Shown here: positions 45,201 through 63,129 of the stretch, piece by piece | Layout: every line of letters begins with the position of its first letter | How positions within the stretch are numbered: the stretch's first letter is position 1 | Assembly: GCF_009914755.1 (NCBI RefSeq) | Contig: NC_060939.1 | Length of the DNA stretch: 64,000 bases | DNA from: the human T2T-CHM13v2.0 reference genome, Homo sapiens | Reading direction: 5' to 3' (one strand) | Translations under genes and position numbers: made by a program | The notes under the pieces: generated by a model | The model's input: the letters and a program-made list of their open reading frames with translations, nothing else | Database searches by the model: none | What the model was told of the DNA's origin: nothing

Positions 45201-45455
45201 AACACTAGACAGAAGCATTCTGAGAAACTTTTTTGTGATGTCTGCATTCGACTCACACAGCTGAACCTATCTTTTGATTGAGAAGTTTTGATTCTCTCTT
45301 TTTGTAAAATCTGCAAGTGGATATTTGCAGACCTTTCTGGCCTATTTTGGAAAAGGAAATATCTTCACATAAAAAATAGAAGCATTCTGAGAAACTTCTT
45401 TGTGATGTGTGCGTTCATCTCAAAAAGTTGAACATTTCTTTTGATTGAGCAGTTT

Positions 45456-45839
45456 CTATTATTATTATTATACTTTAAGTTTTAGGGGACATGTGCACAT
45501 TGTGCAGGTTAGTTACATATGTATACGTGTGCCATGCTGGTGCACTGCACCCACTAACTCATCATATAGCATTAGGTATATATCCCAATGCTATCCCTCC
45601 CCCCTCCTCCCACCCCACAACAGTCCCCAGAGTGTGATGCTCCCCTTCCTGTGTCCATGTGATCTCATTTTTCAATTCCCACCTATGAGTGAGAATATGC
45701 GGTGTTTGGTTTTTTGTTTTTGCGATAGTTTACTGAGAATGATGACTTCCAATTTCATCCATGTCCCTAAAAAGGATATGAACTCATCATTTTTTATGGC
45801 TGCATAGTATTCCATGGTGTATATAGACTGGATTAAGAA
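45456..45839 (-). mobile_element. LINE-1 (L1PA2/L1PA3-type) ~385-bp 3' fragment with ~17-bp 5' inversion
   Basis: (TTA)n tail and antisense 3'UTR to 45824, then sense 'atagactggattaagaa' 45823-45839. TSD gattgagcagttt (45443-45455) / gatttagcagttt (45840-45852). Confidence 0.94.
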
Positions 45840-47197
45840 GATTTAGCAGTTTTTAAAAAATCTTTTTGTAGTGCCTGCAAGGGGATATTTGGAGCGTTTT
45901 GGGGCCTATTGTGGAAAAGGAACTATCTTCACATAAAAACTAGACAGAAGCATTCTGAGAAACTTTTGGTGATCTGTGCATTCAACTCACAGATTTCAGC
46001 CTTTCTTTTGATTGAACAGTTTTGAAACACTCTTTTTGTAGTATCTGTAAATGGATATTTGAAGCGGTTTGAGGTCTATCTTGGCAAAGGAAATATCTTC
46101 ACATATAAACTAGACAGAAGCATTCTGAGAAACTTCTCTGTGATAAGTGCCTTCATCTCACAGAGTTGAACCTTTCTTTTGATTGAGCAGTTTTGAAACA
46201 CTATTTTTGTTGTATATGCAAGTGGGTATTTGGAGCGATTTGTGGTCTATGGTTGAAAAGGAAATATCTTCACATAAAAACTAGACGGAAACACTCTGAG
46301 AAACTTCTTTGTGATGTGTGCATTCATCTCACCAAGCTTAACCATTCTTTTGATGGAGCTGTTTTGAAATACTCTTTTTGTAGAATCTGCAAGTGGATAT
46401 TTGGAGTGCTTTCAGGCCTGTGGTGGAAAAGGAAATATCTTCACATAAAAACTAGACAGAAGTATTCTGAGAAACTTCTTTGTAATGTGTGCATTCATCT
46501 CACAGTGTTGAAACTTTCTTTTGATTGAGGGTTTTGAAACAGTCTTTTTGATGCAACTGCAAGTGGATATTTGGAGCGAATTGTGGCCTATGGTTTAAAA
46601 GGAAATATCTTCACATAAAAACTAGACGGAAGCCTTCTGAGAAACTTCTTTGTGATGTGTGCGTTCATCTCACTGGGTTGAATCTTTCCTTTCATCGAGC
46701 CGTATTGAAACACCCTTTTTGTAGAATCTGAAAGTAGATATTTGGAGCGATTGTGTCCTATGGTAGTAAAGGAAATATTTTCACAGAAAAACTAGACAGA
46801 AGCATTCTGCAAAACTTCCTCGTGATGTGTTCACTTATCTCACCAAATTGAACCATTGTTTTCATTGAGCAGATTTGATACACTCTTTTTGTAGAATGTG
46901 CAAGTGAATATTTGGAACACTTTGATGAGTATGACGGAAAAGGAAATACCTTCACATATAAACTAGACAGAAGCATTCTGAGAAACTTCTCTGTGATGTG
47001 TGCACTCATCTCACAGAGTTGAACCTTTCTTTTGATCGAGTAGTTTTGAAACACTCTTTTTGTACCATCTGCAAGTGTATATTTGGAGCTTTTTGCCTCC
47101 TATGGTGGAAAAGGAAATATCTTCACATAAAAACTAGACAGATGCATTCTGAGAAACTTCTTTGTGATATGTTCATTCATCTCACAGAGGTGAACTT
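45840..47197 (+). repeat. Alpha satellite, terminal layer 4
   Basis: 'aaaactagacagaagcattctgag' with 'gtggatatttgg'; array stops mid-monomer at 'cacagaggtgaactt'. Confidence 0.95.
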
Positions 47198-47509
47198 CTA
47201 GTGTTTTGGACTCATCCAAGCCTCAACATTAGTTTTAAGAGCTCCTTGATCTTTCCAGCAGGAGAAAAATGAACATGCAAAGCTCTCAGGCTCATTGCTA
47301 TAATCCTCTCAAGGATCAGTCTCATTAGCAGACAGCAGAGTCTTGATCCCTTGTTTCACCAAACTAACCACTTGGCTGAGAGAAGTTGCTCTTAGTCCTA
47401 GGGGAACTTCTCATAACCCTTGCAAGCTCTTCAAGTATTTGTGTATTTTCCCCTTTCAGAAAGTTGTGTTTATCTCAGCATCCCATTGTCATCTCCAAAA
47501 TTAAATAAT

Positions 47510-47970
47510 TGTGAAGGATCTAAGATTTCATCCTATTTGTAAACAAACCTATTAACCTTCCATTTTCATGGATACTGGTAGAAGGCATAAGACACTGAAG
47601 TATGAAAAAAAACCTACTATTTACTGTCTACCTGGAGGCAAAAGCCTCTTTTTTGTATTAGTTTTCCTTGTCCATACTACATTTTTTAGAGGGATTTCAA
47701 AAGGCTCAGATGGACATTGCACATGGGGAAGATTTGTGTCACAGCTGAGCAGACTCAAGACTAAGAAACCTCAATCTTCTTAAAGTAGGTTACATACAAA
47801 CCTGTCCAGCCTTTGCCTCACAGAGAAAAATTGTCTTTATTATATTGATTGAGTAATTTATCTGCCATTCACCTGAAGAGAAAAACTACTACCCTTTTTC
47901 CAGGTTATTTGTGTACAAAAATCTTTGAAAAATAGCCTGGAACAGGACAGGTATGTGATGTAAGACACAA
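47510..47970. mobile_element. Possible old LTR/MER-type element, family not determined
   Basis: Begins 'tgtgaaggatctaagatttcatcctatttgtaaac...ttcatggatactggtagaag', reminiscent of ancient ERV LTR termini, and ends near 'tgtaagaca'. Resemblance from memory only. Confidence 0.3.
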
Positions 47971-48100
47971 CAAAATGACAAATTCTAAGAGACTTTTATA
48001 GAACTACATCTCAGTAGCATGCATCTTTTCCATAATATGTTGCACTAAACAATCCTGTGATGAAAAAAATCCATTGAAGATTTTTGACATGAAGACTAAC

Positions 48101-48329
48101 TTTTGTTGTTTTTTGTTGTGGGATTGTTCAAGTGACTCTCCTGTGTCAGCCTCCAAAGTAGCTGGAGTACAGGCTCCCACTACCACACTCAGCTTATTTT
48201 TCTATTTTTAGTAGAGGCAGGGTTTTACAATGTTGGTCAGGGTGGTCTTGAACTCATGATCTCAGGTGGTCCACCTGCCTTGGCCTCACAAAGTGCTAGG
48301 AATATAGGCATGAGCCACCATGCCCGGCC
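48101..48329 (-). mobile_element. Alu (AluS-type), internally deleted next to tail
   Basis: T-rich tail, then 'ttcaagtgactctcctgtgtcagcctcc...tttttagtagag...ctcaggtggtccacctgccttggcctc...atgagccaccatgcccggcc'. The distal right arm is missing. Confidence 0.9.
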
Positions 48330-48544
48330 CCAGAAATGAAAGTTCTATGTGTGCAGTAATGTAATTCTGACTGATAAATGACAGGTGACAGTAAGTAAAA
48401 ATCTAACACAATTCAACATTTTTACATATTTAGACATATTGTAATTTGTTAGCTTATTGGAAAACGTTAAATGACTACCAATTTATACGGCATATTTATT
48501 CTGAATGAATTGCTAATCTAGATTTGAGAGATGAAATAATTATT

Positions 48545-49260
48545 TTTACAACACAGAAACATAAAGTGCATTTCCATATACCAACAATGAACAATTTGAC
48601 AGTAAATTAATAAAACAATTGTTTGCAACAACATTAAAATAATATAATTCTTAGAAATAAATTTAATAAGAAGGTACATATTTTGTACAATAAAAAATAC
48701 AGGATCAGAATATTTATGAAAAAAACTAAAAAGGAGTTAAATAACTGGCAACAAATTCCATGTTCCTGAACCGGAAGACTTAATGAAGTTAAGATGACAA
48801 TACTACTACCCAAAGTAGTGTACAGATGTACTGTAATCCCAATTTTTAATTTTTCCAACTTTTCTTTTGCAAAAACAAAATAACTCATTTAAAACTTCAT
48901 ATGGAATTTGAAAATCCTCTGAATGTACAGAATAATCTTGAAAGGAAGAACAAAATTAGATGGCTCACAATTTTAAATTTGAAAACATACAAAGCTACTA
49001 TAATTATAACAGTTTGCTAGTGGCATAAGAACAATTGTAGAGATCAAATAAATAAAATAGATAATCCAAAAAACCCTTGCATAAATTATTGATTGTCTTT
49101 CGACAAGTGTGCCTTAATCATTATGTAAAGAAAAGGACAGTTTGTTCCACAATAAATGCTGGGAAAACAAGTCCACATTGAAACCAGTAAAGTTGAATCT
49201 TTATCACATTCCAAGTACAAAAATTAAATAAAAATAGATTAAAGACATAAGTGTTCAACT
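48545..49260 (+). mobile_element. Old LINE-1 (L1M-type) ORF2 fragment
   Basis: Degenerate L1 ORF2 landmarks in order: 'ttccatataccaacaatgaacaa', 'ccatgttcctgaaccggaagacttaat', 'aataatcttgaaaggaagaacaaa', 'taaatgctgggaaaac'. Confidence 0.8.
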
Positions 49261-49649
49261 TTAGTGGTTTCTAATGGTTGTTTTTATATATGTGGGGTCA
49301 GTACTAACATGAACACCTTTATACACACAAACTAGAAAACTTTAAAGAAATGGATACATTACTAGATATACACACTCTCCCAAGATTAAGCCAGGAAGAC
49401 AATTATTTCCTGAATGGACCAATAAAAAGCTCTGATATTATATAGGTAATAAGTAGCTTGCCAATCAAAAAAATAAAAGCCCTGGACTTTCTGGATTTAC
49501 AGCCAAATTCTACCAAATGTACAAGGGAGAGCTGGTACAATTCCTACAGAAACTATCCCCAAAAATTGAGGAGGACGGTCTCCTCCCCAACTCATTCTAT
49601 AAGGACAGCATGATCTTGACACCAAAACCTGGCAGAGACACAACAAAAA

Positions 49650-49830
49650 CGCAAAATTAGCCGGACTTGGTAGCAGACACCTGTAGTCCCAGCTACTTGG
49701 GAGGCTGGGGCAGGAGAATGGCATGAACCCAGGAGGCGGAGCTTGCATTAAGCAGAGATTGCACCAGTGCACTCCAGCCTGGGCAACAGAGGGAGACTCC
49801 ATCAAAAAAAAAAAAAAGAAAGAAAGAAAA
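49650..49830 (+). mobile_element. AluY, 5'-truncated (right arm only) with A/GAAA tail
   Basis: 'gagaatggcatgaacccaggaggcggagcttgca' carries AluY-diagnostic positions; starts at the middle A-rich linker. Confidence 0.85.
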
Positions 49831-50718
49831 GAAAACTTCAGGCCAATATTCTTGACAAACATCAATACAAAAGTTCTCAGAAAAATATTTGTAAACCAAA
49901 TCCAGCAGCACATCAAACAGGTAATCCGTCATTATCAAGTAGGCTGCCTCCTTAGGATGCAAGGTTGGCCCAGCATGTGCAAATCAATAAATGTAATACA
50001 TCACATAAACATAACTAAAAACAAAAAACAGACGATTATCCCAATAGATACAGAAAATAATAAAAGCCATGTATAAAAAACCACAGCCAACAATCTGTTG
50101 AATGGGCAAAGTTGGGAGCTTTTTTTTTGAAAACCAGCACAAGGCAAGAATGCCCTCTCTCACCATTTCTATTCAACATAGTATTGAAAGTCCTGACCAG
50201 AGCAATCAGGCTAGAGAAAGAAATACAAAAAGCATCCAAATAGGAAGAGAGAAAGCCAAACTATTTCTGTTTGCAGATAACATAATTCTATATCTAGAAA
50301 ACCCTGTAGTTTCAGGTACAAAGCTTCTTTAGTTAACAAACAACTTCAGCGAATTTTCAAGATACTAAATCAATGTGCAAAGATCACTAACATTTCTCTA
50401 CACCAATGATAACCACACTGACAGCAAAATCAGAAAGGCCATCCCATTCACAATTGCCACAAAAATGATAAAATACCTGGAAATGCAGCTCACCAGGGAG
50501 GTGAAAGAGCTCTACAATGAGAATTAAAAAACACTGCTCAAATAAATCAGAGAAGACACAAACAAATGGAAAACCACCTCATGCTCATGGATAGGAAGAT
50601 CCAATATAACTAAAATGGCTACACTTCACAAAGCAATTGACAGATTTAATGCTATTTCCATCAAACTGCCAATAAAATTTTTTACAGAGCTAGAAAAAAC
50701 TATTTTAAAATTCGTATA

Positions 50719-51003
50719 GGCTGGGTGCAGTGGCTCATGCCTATAATCCCAGCACTCTGGGAGGCCAAGGGGTGCAGATCATGAGGTCAGGAGATCGAGA
50801 CCATCCTGGCCAACATGGTGAAACTCCTTCTCAACTAAAAATACAAAAAATAGCTGGGTGTAGTGGCAAGCGCTTGTAATCCCAGCTACTCGGGAGGCTG
50901 AGGCAGGAGAATCCACTGAACCAGGGAGTCAGAGGTTGCAGTGAGCTGAGATTGCACCACTGCACTCCAGCCTGATGACAGAGTGACATTCCATCAAAAA
51001 AAA
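50719..51003 (+). mobile_element. Alu, full length (AluSc-like)
   Basis: 'ggctgggtgcagtggctca...gatcatgaggtcaggagatcgagaccatcctggccaacatgg...gaaccagggagtcagagg'. Inserted at 'tttt|aaaa' with degenerate TSD aaaattcgtata / aaaattatata. Confidence 0.92.
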
Positions 51004-51783
51004 ATTATATATATGAAACCAAAAAGGAGCACACATAGCCAAGGCAATCCTAAGCAAAAAAGAACAAAGCTGCAGGCATCAGGTTGCCTGGCTTCAAATT
51101 ACACTACAGGGCTATAGTAACGAAAACAGCATAATACTGATACAAAAACAGACACATAGACAAATGGAGCAGAATAGAGAGCCCAGAAACAAGGCTGCAC
51201 ATCTATGCCATGTGATAATTGACAAGGCTGACAAAAACAAGCAGTGAGAAAAAGATTATTTATTCAATAAGTGGTGCTGGAACAATTGGCTGGCAACATG
51301 TGGAAGATTGAAGCTGGACGCCTTATTTACATCATATACAAAAAAAAAATCAACTCAAGACTGATTAAAGACTTAAATATAAAATCTTTATGAATAAAAA
51401 CCATGAAAGACAATCCAGGCAATACCATCCTGGATATAGGAATGGGCAAAGATTTCATGATAGAAAGACCAAAAGCAACAGCAAGAAAAGCAAAAATTAA
51501 CAAGTAGGATTTAATTAAAGTAAAGAGATTTTGCATAGCAGAAAAAAAAACTATTAACAGAGTAAACAGAAAACATATGGAGTGGAAAAAAATATTTGTA
51601 AACTATCCACCTAACAAAGGTCTAATATCTAGCATCTATAAGGAACTTAAATTTACAAAAGAAAAACAACCCCATTAAAAAGTGGGCAAAGACAATGGAC
51701 AGTTTTCGAAAGAAGACATACATGAGGCCAACAAGTGTATGAGAAAAAGCTCAGCATCAATGATAGTTAGAGAAATGAAAATT

Positions 51784-51984
51784 AAGTGATCCTTGTGCCT
51801 CAGTCTCCCAAATAGCTGGGACTACAAGCAAGCACCACAATGCCCAGATAATTTTTGAATTTTTAGTAGAGATGGGGTTTTGCCATGTTTCCATGGCTGG
51901 TCTTGAACTCCTGAGCTTAAGTGATCAGCCTGCCTCAGCCTCCCAAAGTTTTGGGATTACAAGTGTGAGCCACCATGCCTGGAC
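51784..51984 (-). mobile_element. AluJ-type fragment lacking its 3' end and tail
   Basis: 'gaactcctgagcttaagtgatcagcctgcctcagcctcccaaag...gtgagccaccatgcctgg'; J-like ctcctgrgctcaag motif. Confidence 0.8.
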
Positions 51985-51989
51985 TCCAT

Positions 51990-52198
51990 TATTCAATCTA
52001 AGAACTGCATGCAGAAATGTGTTCAGGTTTTAAAATTTTATTCACTTCTGCACTGATACTTTCAAACCAAATTTTATAGCAGCATCATTTACAGTAAAAA
52101 ATTTAAAAAGAAATCCAGATATCTTCTAAGAGTCAAACAGACAAAGAAAATATGGTATATACACACAACAGAATATTATTTATCCTTAAAATGAATGT
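51990..52198 (+). mobile_element. Old LINE-1 (L1M-type) ORF2 C-terminal fragment
   Basis: 'ttttatagcagcatcatttacagt...gaaaatatggtatatacacacaacagaatattatttatccttaaaa'. Confidence 0.7.
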
Positions 52199-53228
52199 GG
52201 GGGGGAGGAGCCAAGAAGGCCGAATAGGAACAGCTCCGCTCTACAGCTCCCAGTGTGAGTGACGCAGAAGACGGGTGATTTCTGCATTTCCAACTGAGGT
52301 ACCAGGTTCAACTCACTGGGGAGTGCCAGACAGTAGGTGCAGGACAGTGGGTGCAGTGCACCGTGCATGAGCCGAAGCAGGGCAAGGCACTGCCTCACCA
52401 GCGAAGTGCAAGGGTTCAGGGAATTCCCTTTCCTAGTCAAAGAAAGTGGTGACAGATGACATCTGGAAAATCGGGTCACTCCCAACCTAACACTGCGCTT
52501 TTCCAACAGGCTTAAAAAATGTCACACCAGGAGATTATATCCTGCACCTGGCTCAGAGAGTCCTACGTCCACAGAGCCTCACTCATTGCTAGCACAGCAG
52601 TCTAAGATCAAACTGCAAAGTGGCAGTGAGGCTGGGGGAGGTATGCCCGCCTTTGCTAAGGCATGAGTAGGTAAACAAAGTGGCCAGGAAGTGGGAACTG
52701 GGTGGAGCCCACCACAGCTCAAGGAGGCCTGCCTGCCTCTGTAGGCTCCACCTCTGGGGACAGGGCACAGATAAACAAAAAGACAGCAGTAACCGCTGCA
52801 GACTTAAATATCCCTCTCTGACAGCATTGAAGAGTGTAGTGGTTCTCCCAGCTTGCAGCTTGAGATCTGAGAATGGACAGACTGCCTCCTCAAGTGGGTC
52901 TCTGACTTCTGAGTAGCCTAACTGGGAGGCACCCCCCAGTATGGTTGGACTGAAACCTCACACAGCCTGGTACTCTTTTGAGACAAAATTTCCAGAGGAA
53001 CAATCAGGCAGCAGCATCTGCGGTTCACCAATATCCGCTGTTCTGCAGTGAGCACTGCTGATAAGCAGGCAAACAGGGTCTTGAATGGACCTCCAGTAAA
53101 CTCCAACAGACCTGCAGCTGAGGGTACCGACTGTTAGAAGGAAAACTAACAAACAGAAAGGACATTCACACCAAAAACCCATCTGTACATCACCATCATC
53201 AAAGCCCAAGTTAGATAAAACCACAAAG
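52199..53228 (+). promoter_or_regulatory. L1 5'UTR internal promoter (CpG-decayed, YY1 core mutated, retains ~129-bp segment 52975-53103)
   Basis: 'ccaagaaggc' versus consensus 'ccaagatggc'. Extra segment between 'ggtactc' and 'caacagacctgcagctgaggg' relative to L1HS. Confidence 0.85.
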
Positions 53229-54144
53229 ATGGGAAACAAATAGAGCAGAAAAACTGGAAACTCTAAACTTCAGAGCACCTCTCCACCTCCAAAGGAACAC
53301 AGCTCCTCGCCAGCAATGGAACAAAGCTGGATGGAGAATGACTTCGATGAGTTGAGAGAAGAAGGCTTCAGATGATCAAACTTCTCTGAGCTACAGGAAG
53401 AGATTCGAACCAATGGCAAAGAAGATAAAAACTTTGAAAAAAAAAATAGATGAATGGATCACTAGAATAACCAATGCAGAGAAGTCCTTAAAGGACCTGA
53501 TGGAGCTGAAAACCAAGGCATGAGAACTACGTGATGAATGCAGAAGCCTCAGTAGCCGATGCGATCAACTGGAATAAAGGGTATCAGTGATGGAAGACAA
53601 AAGGAATGAAATGAAGCGAGAAGAGAAGTTTAGCAAAAAAGAATAAAAAGAAATGAACAGAGCCTCCAAGAAATATGGGACTATGTAAAAAGACCAAATC
53701 TATGTCTGATTGGTGTACCTGAAAGTGACGGGTAGAATGGAACCAAATTGGAAAACACTCTGCAGGATATTATCCAGGAGAACTTCCCCAATCTAGCAAG
53801 GCAGGCCAACATTCAAATTCAGAAAAAACATAGAAGGCCACAAAGGTACTCCTCGAGAATAGCAACTCCAAGACACATAATTGTCAGATTCACCAAAGTT
53901 GAAATGAATGAAAAAATGTTAAGGGCAGCCTGAGAGAAAGGTTGGGTGACCCACAAAGGGAAGCCCATCAGACTAACATCTGGGGGCCAATATTCAGCAT
54001 TCTTAAAGAAAAGAATTTTCAACCCAGAATTTCATATCCAACCAAACTAAGCTTCATAAATGAAGTAGAAATAAAATACTTTACAGACACGCAAATGCTG
54101 AGAGATTTTGTCTCCAACAGGCCTGCCCTAAAAGAGCTCCTTAA

Positions 54145-57110
<2,966 letters not shown>

Positions 57111-57383
57111 AAAAACAAAGATGAGAAATAACCTGTAGTTATATGACTTAAGTTTAGAGTGAGTTTTATTTTTTGCTCTGCTTGATAAGTATTAGGATAA
57201 TGCAAGTGTATACTATTCAGTTTAAATAGATAAAGAATTTTTTAATCACAGCTTGAACGGATAAATATTCTTTTTGTTCATCTGAATAACTAAAAATAAT
57301 ATTGCTAGTGTAAAATCACTCCCATATTGCTTTGATTTGTAAGGTCAACCTCGTTTAAATAAAAAGAAAAACAATGTTAAAAA
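57111..57383 (+). other. L1 3' transduction: ~270 bp non-L1 sequence with AATAAA (57358-57363) and second short poly(A)
   Basis: Lies between the nested L1 tail and the right TSD copy aaaagagctccttaa (57384-57398; left copy 54130-54144). Confidence 0.9.
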
Positions 57384-57525
57384 AAAAGAGCTCCTTAAAG
57401 AAGCGCTAAACATGGAAAGGAACAACTGGTACCAGCCCCTGCAAAAACATGCCAAATTGTAAAGACCATCGAGACTACAAAGAAACTGCATCAACTAACG
57501 AGCAAAATAACCAGCTGACATCTTA

Positions 57526-61360
<3,835 letters not shown>

Positions 61361-61594
61361 ACAATGAGAACACATGGACACAGGAAGGGGAACATCACAC
61401 ACCATGGACTGTTGTGGGTTAGGGGAAGGGGGCAGGGATAGCATTAGGAGATATACCTAATGCTAAATGATGAGTTAATGGGTGCAGCACACCAACATGG
61501 CACATGTATACATATGTAACAAACCTGCACGTTGTGTACATGTACCCTAAAACTTATAGTATAATAATAATAAAATAAAATAAAAATATATAAA

Positions 61595-62600
61595 AGAGAG
61601 GAAGTAAGCCATGCTGATTCCTGATGAGAAAGCATTCCAAGCAAAGGGGACCACACATGCAAAGGCCCTGAGGCAGCAGCACAACTGCCTGGTGTCTTTG
61701 AAGATTGCAAAATAGAGGGGAGACTGACTGGACTAGACATCAGAGAAGTGTCAGGGGACAAGATGGTTTAAAACATTCCTAGCCATGGAAGGTTTTAAGC
61801 AGATGAAAACATTATTTGCCTTATGCTTTGAAAAGACTTACTCTGGATCACCTGAGGTCAGGAGTTTGAGACCTGCCTGGCCAACATGGCAAAACCCCAT
61901 CTCTATTAAAAACACAAAAATTAGCCAGGCTTGGTTGTGCATGCCTGTAGTCCCAGCTACTTGGGAGGCTGAGGCAGGAGAATCACTTGAACCCAGGAGT
62001 TAGAGGTTGTAGTGAACCCAGATTGCACCACTGCACTCCAGCCTGGGCGACAGAGGAGACTCCGTCTCAAAAAAAAAAAATAAATAAGGACTTACTCTGG
62101 TTGCTCAGTGAAGAACAAAGTACAGGGAGAAAGAGAAAGTGGGAGAGGAGTTAGGAGGCTATTTTCATAATCCATGAAAGCAATGACGTAAAGTGAAGCA
62201 GGGTGTACATAATGGGTGTGGCAAGGGAAGCTCAGATTCTTAATACAGTTCAACAGTGTATGCCGATATGAGGTGTAAGAAACAAAGAGGGGTCAAGACA
62301 AGTTTTCTGGCCTAATGGCTGGTACACTGGAAGTGCTATTTACTGAGACGGAGACGACGGAGGAGTGTTGGGCCCAGGGGTTGAAGGTGGAGGATCAAGA
62401 ATTCCCTTATGGATGTGTGATAGTTGAGTTGTCTATTAGTCTTCCAAGTGGTGATAATCAGCAGATAATTAGATATGAGTCTAAATTTTAGAGGAGAGGT
62501 AGGAGCTGGAAATATGTGTTCATGGACCATGCACATATACATGGAATTTAATGCCATTGGGCTTCATGAGATCACAGAGGCATGAGTGCACCAAGAAAAA
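61595..62600 (-). mobile_element. LINE-2 fragment (interrupted by Alu)
   Basis: Typical antisense L2 landmarks 'agcattccaagcaaagggga...tgcaaaggccctgaggcag', 'gccatggaaggttttaagcag', 'gttaggaggctatt', 'ggagaggtaggagctggaaatat', 'atgagatcac'. Confidence 0.8.
61845..62085 (+). mobile_element. AluSx/Sz-type, 5'-truncated, with 15-bp TSD
   Basis: Starts 'ggatcacctgaggtcaggagtttgagacc' and ends in poly(A). TSD aaagacttactctgg (61832-61846) / aaggacttactctgg (62086-62100). Confidence 0.92.
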
Positions 62601-63129
62601 CGGTTGAGAACGGTTAAAAGGTAAATGTTCCTTCTACATTTTGAATTTATAGAAATAATGACACAGTAGCCAGTTGCTGAAACGCTACCCAGTTCAGAGT
62701 AAAACAAATTTCCTATTTTATCAAATCATTGAATGCCATTTAAAATTCATAATACTTGCAGAGAACCCAAATATCTTAATAAAGATGAAAGCCTAAGTTC
62801 ACATTGGTGGCCTAGACTCTGCCTTCCCTGATCGTCTATTTAAAAATAACAATAATGATAATAATAAGAAGAAATATTCATGGATCACTAGATATGGTGA
62901 AATACACTCAAAGGTAGATTCATTTCTTTTCTACTATACCCTTGTAACTATCAGTCTATAAAATAGTTTTATTAGAAAGGCACAGTCACCCTCAAGCCAA
63001 TAGCAGCTTATAAATACGGGGCAAGGAGCCTGGTGTGGGGAGGCTGAGAAATAATTGAGAGAACCAGTAGATATGAAGCTAACAAATAACACTGTCGAGC
63101 AGAATGAGGCAGATAAGCCAGAGGCAGTG

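Larger units (their letters stand above)
22881..45455 (+). repeat. Alpha satellite, layer 3 (subtype change ~39.9 kb; layer 4 begins ~45.15 kb)
   Basis: Units switch to 'aaaactacacagaagcattctgag' and 'gtggatatttgg'. 'gaacctatcttatgattgag' and 'gaaaagcaaatatc' are frequent up to ~39.6 kb and not seen afterwards. Confidence 0.95.
49261..51785 (+). mobile_element. Older primate LINE-1 (L1PA13-16-type) ORF2 segment with ~50-bp 5' inversion, interrupted by two Alus, 3' end lost
   Basis: Landmarks 'gaggaggacggtctcctccccaactcattctat', 'cagctcaccagggaggtgaaagagctctacaatgagaatt', 'gacaatccaggcaataccatcctgga'. Bases 49261-49310 are antisense to the L1 sequence immediately upstream of 'gaacacctttatacacac'. 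Confidence 0.85.

Noticed and set aside
52186-52660. L1 antisense ORF0
   Set aside because: The track ORF overlaps ORF0-like sequence (EKRSVRLGVTRFSRC), but the expected start is lost ('cgcctttg' instead of 'cgccattg').
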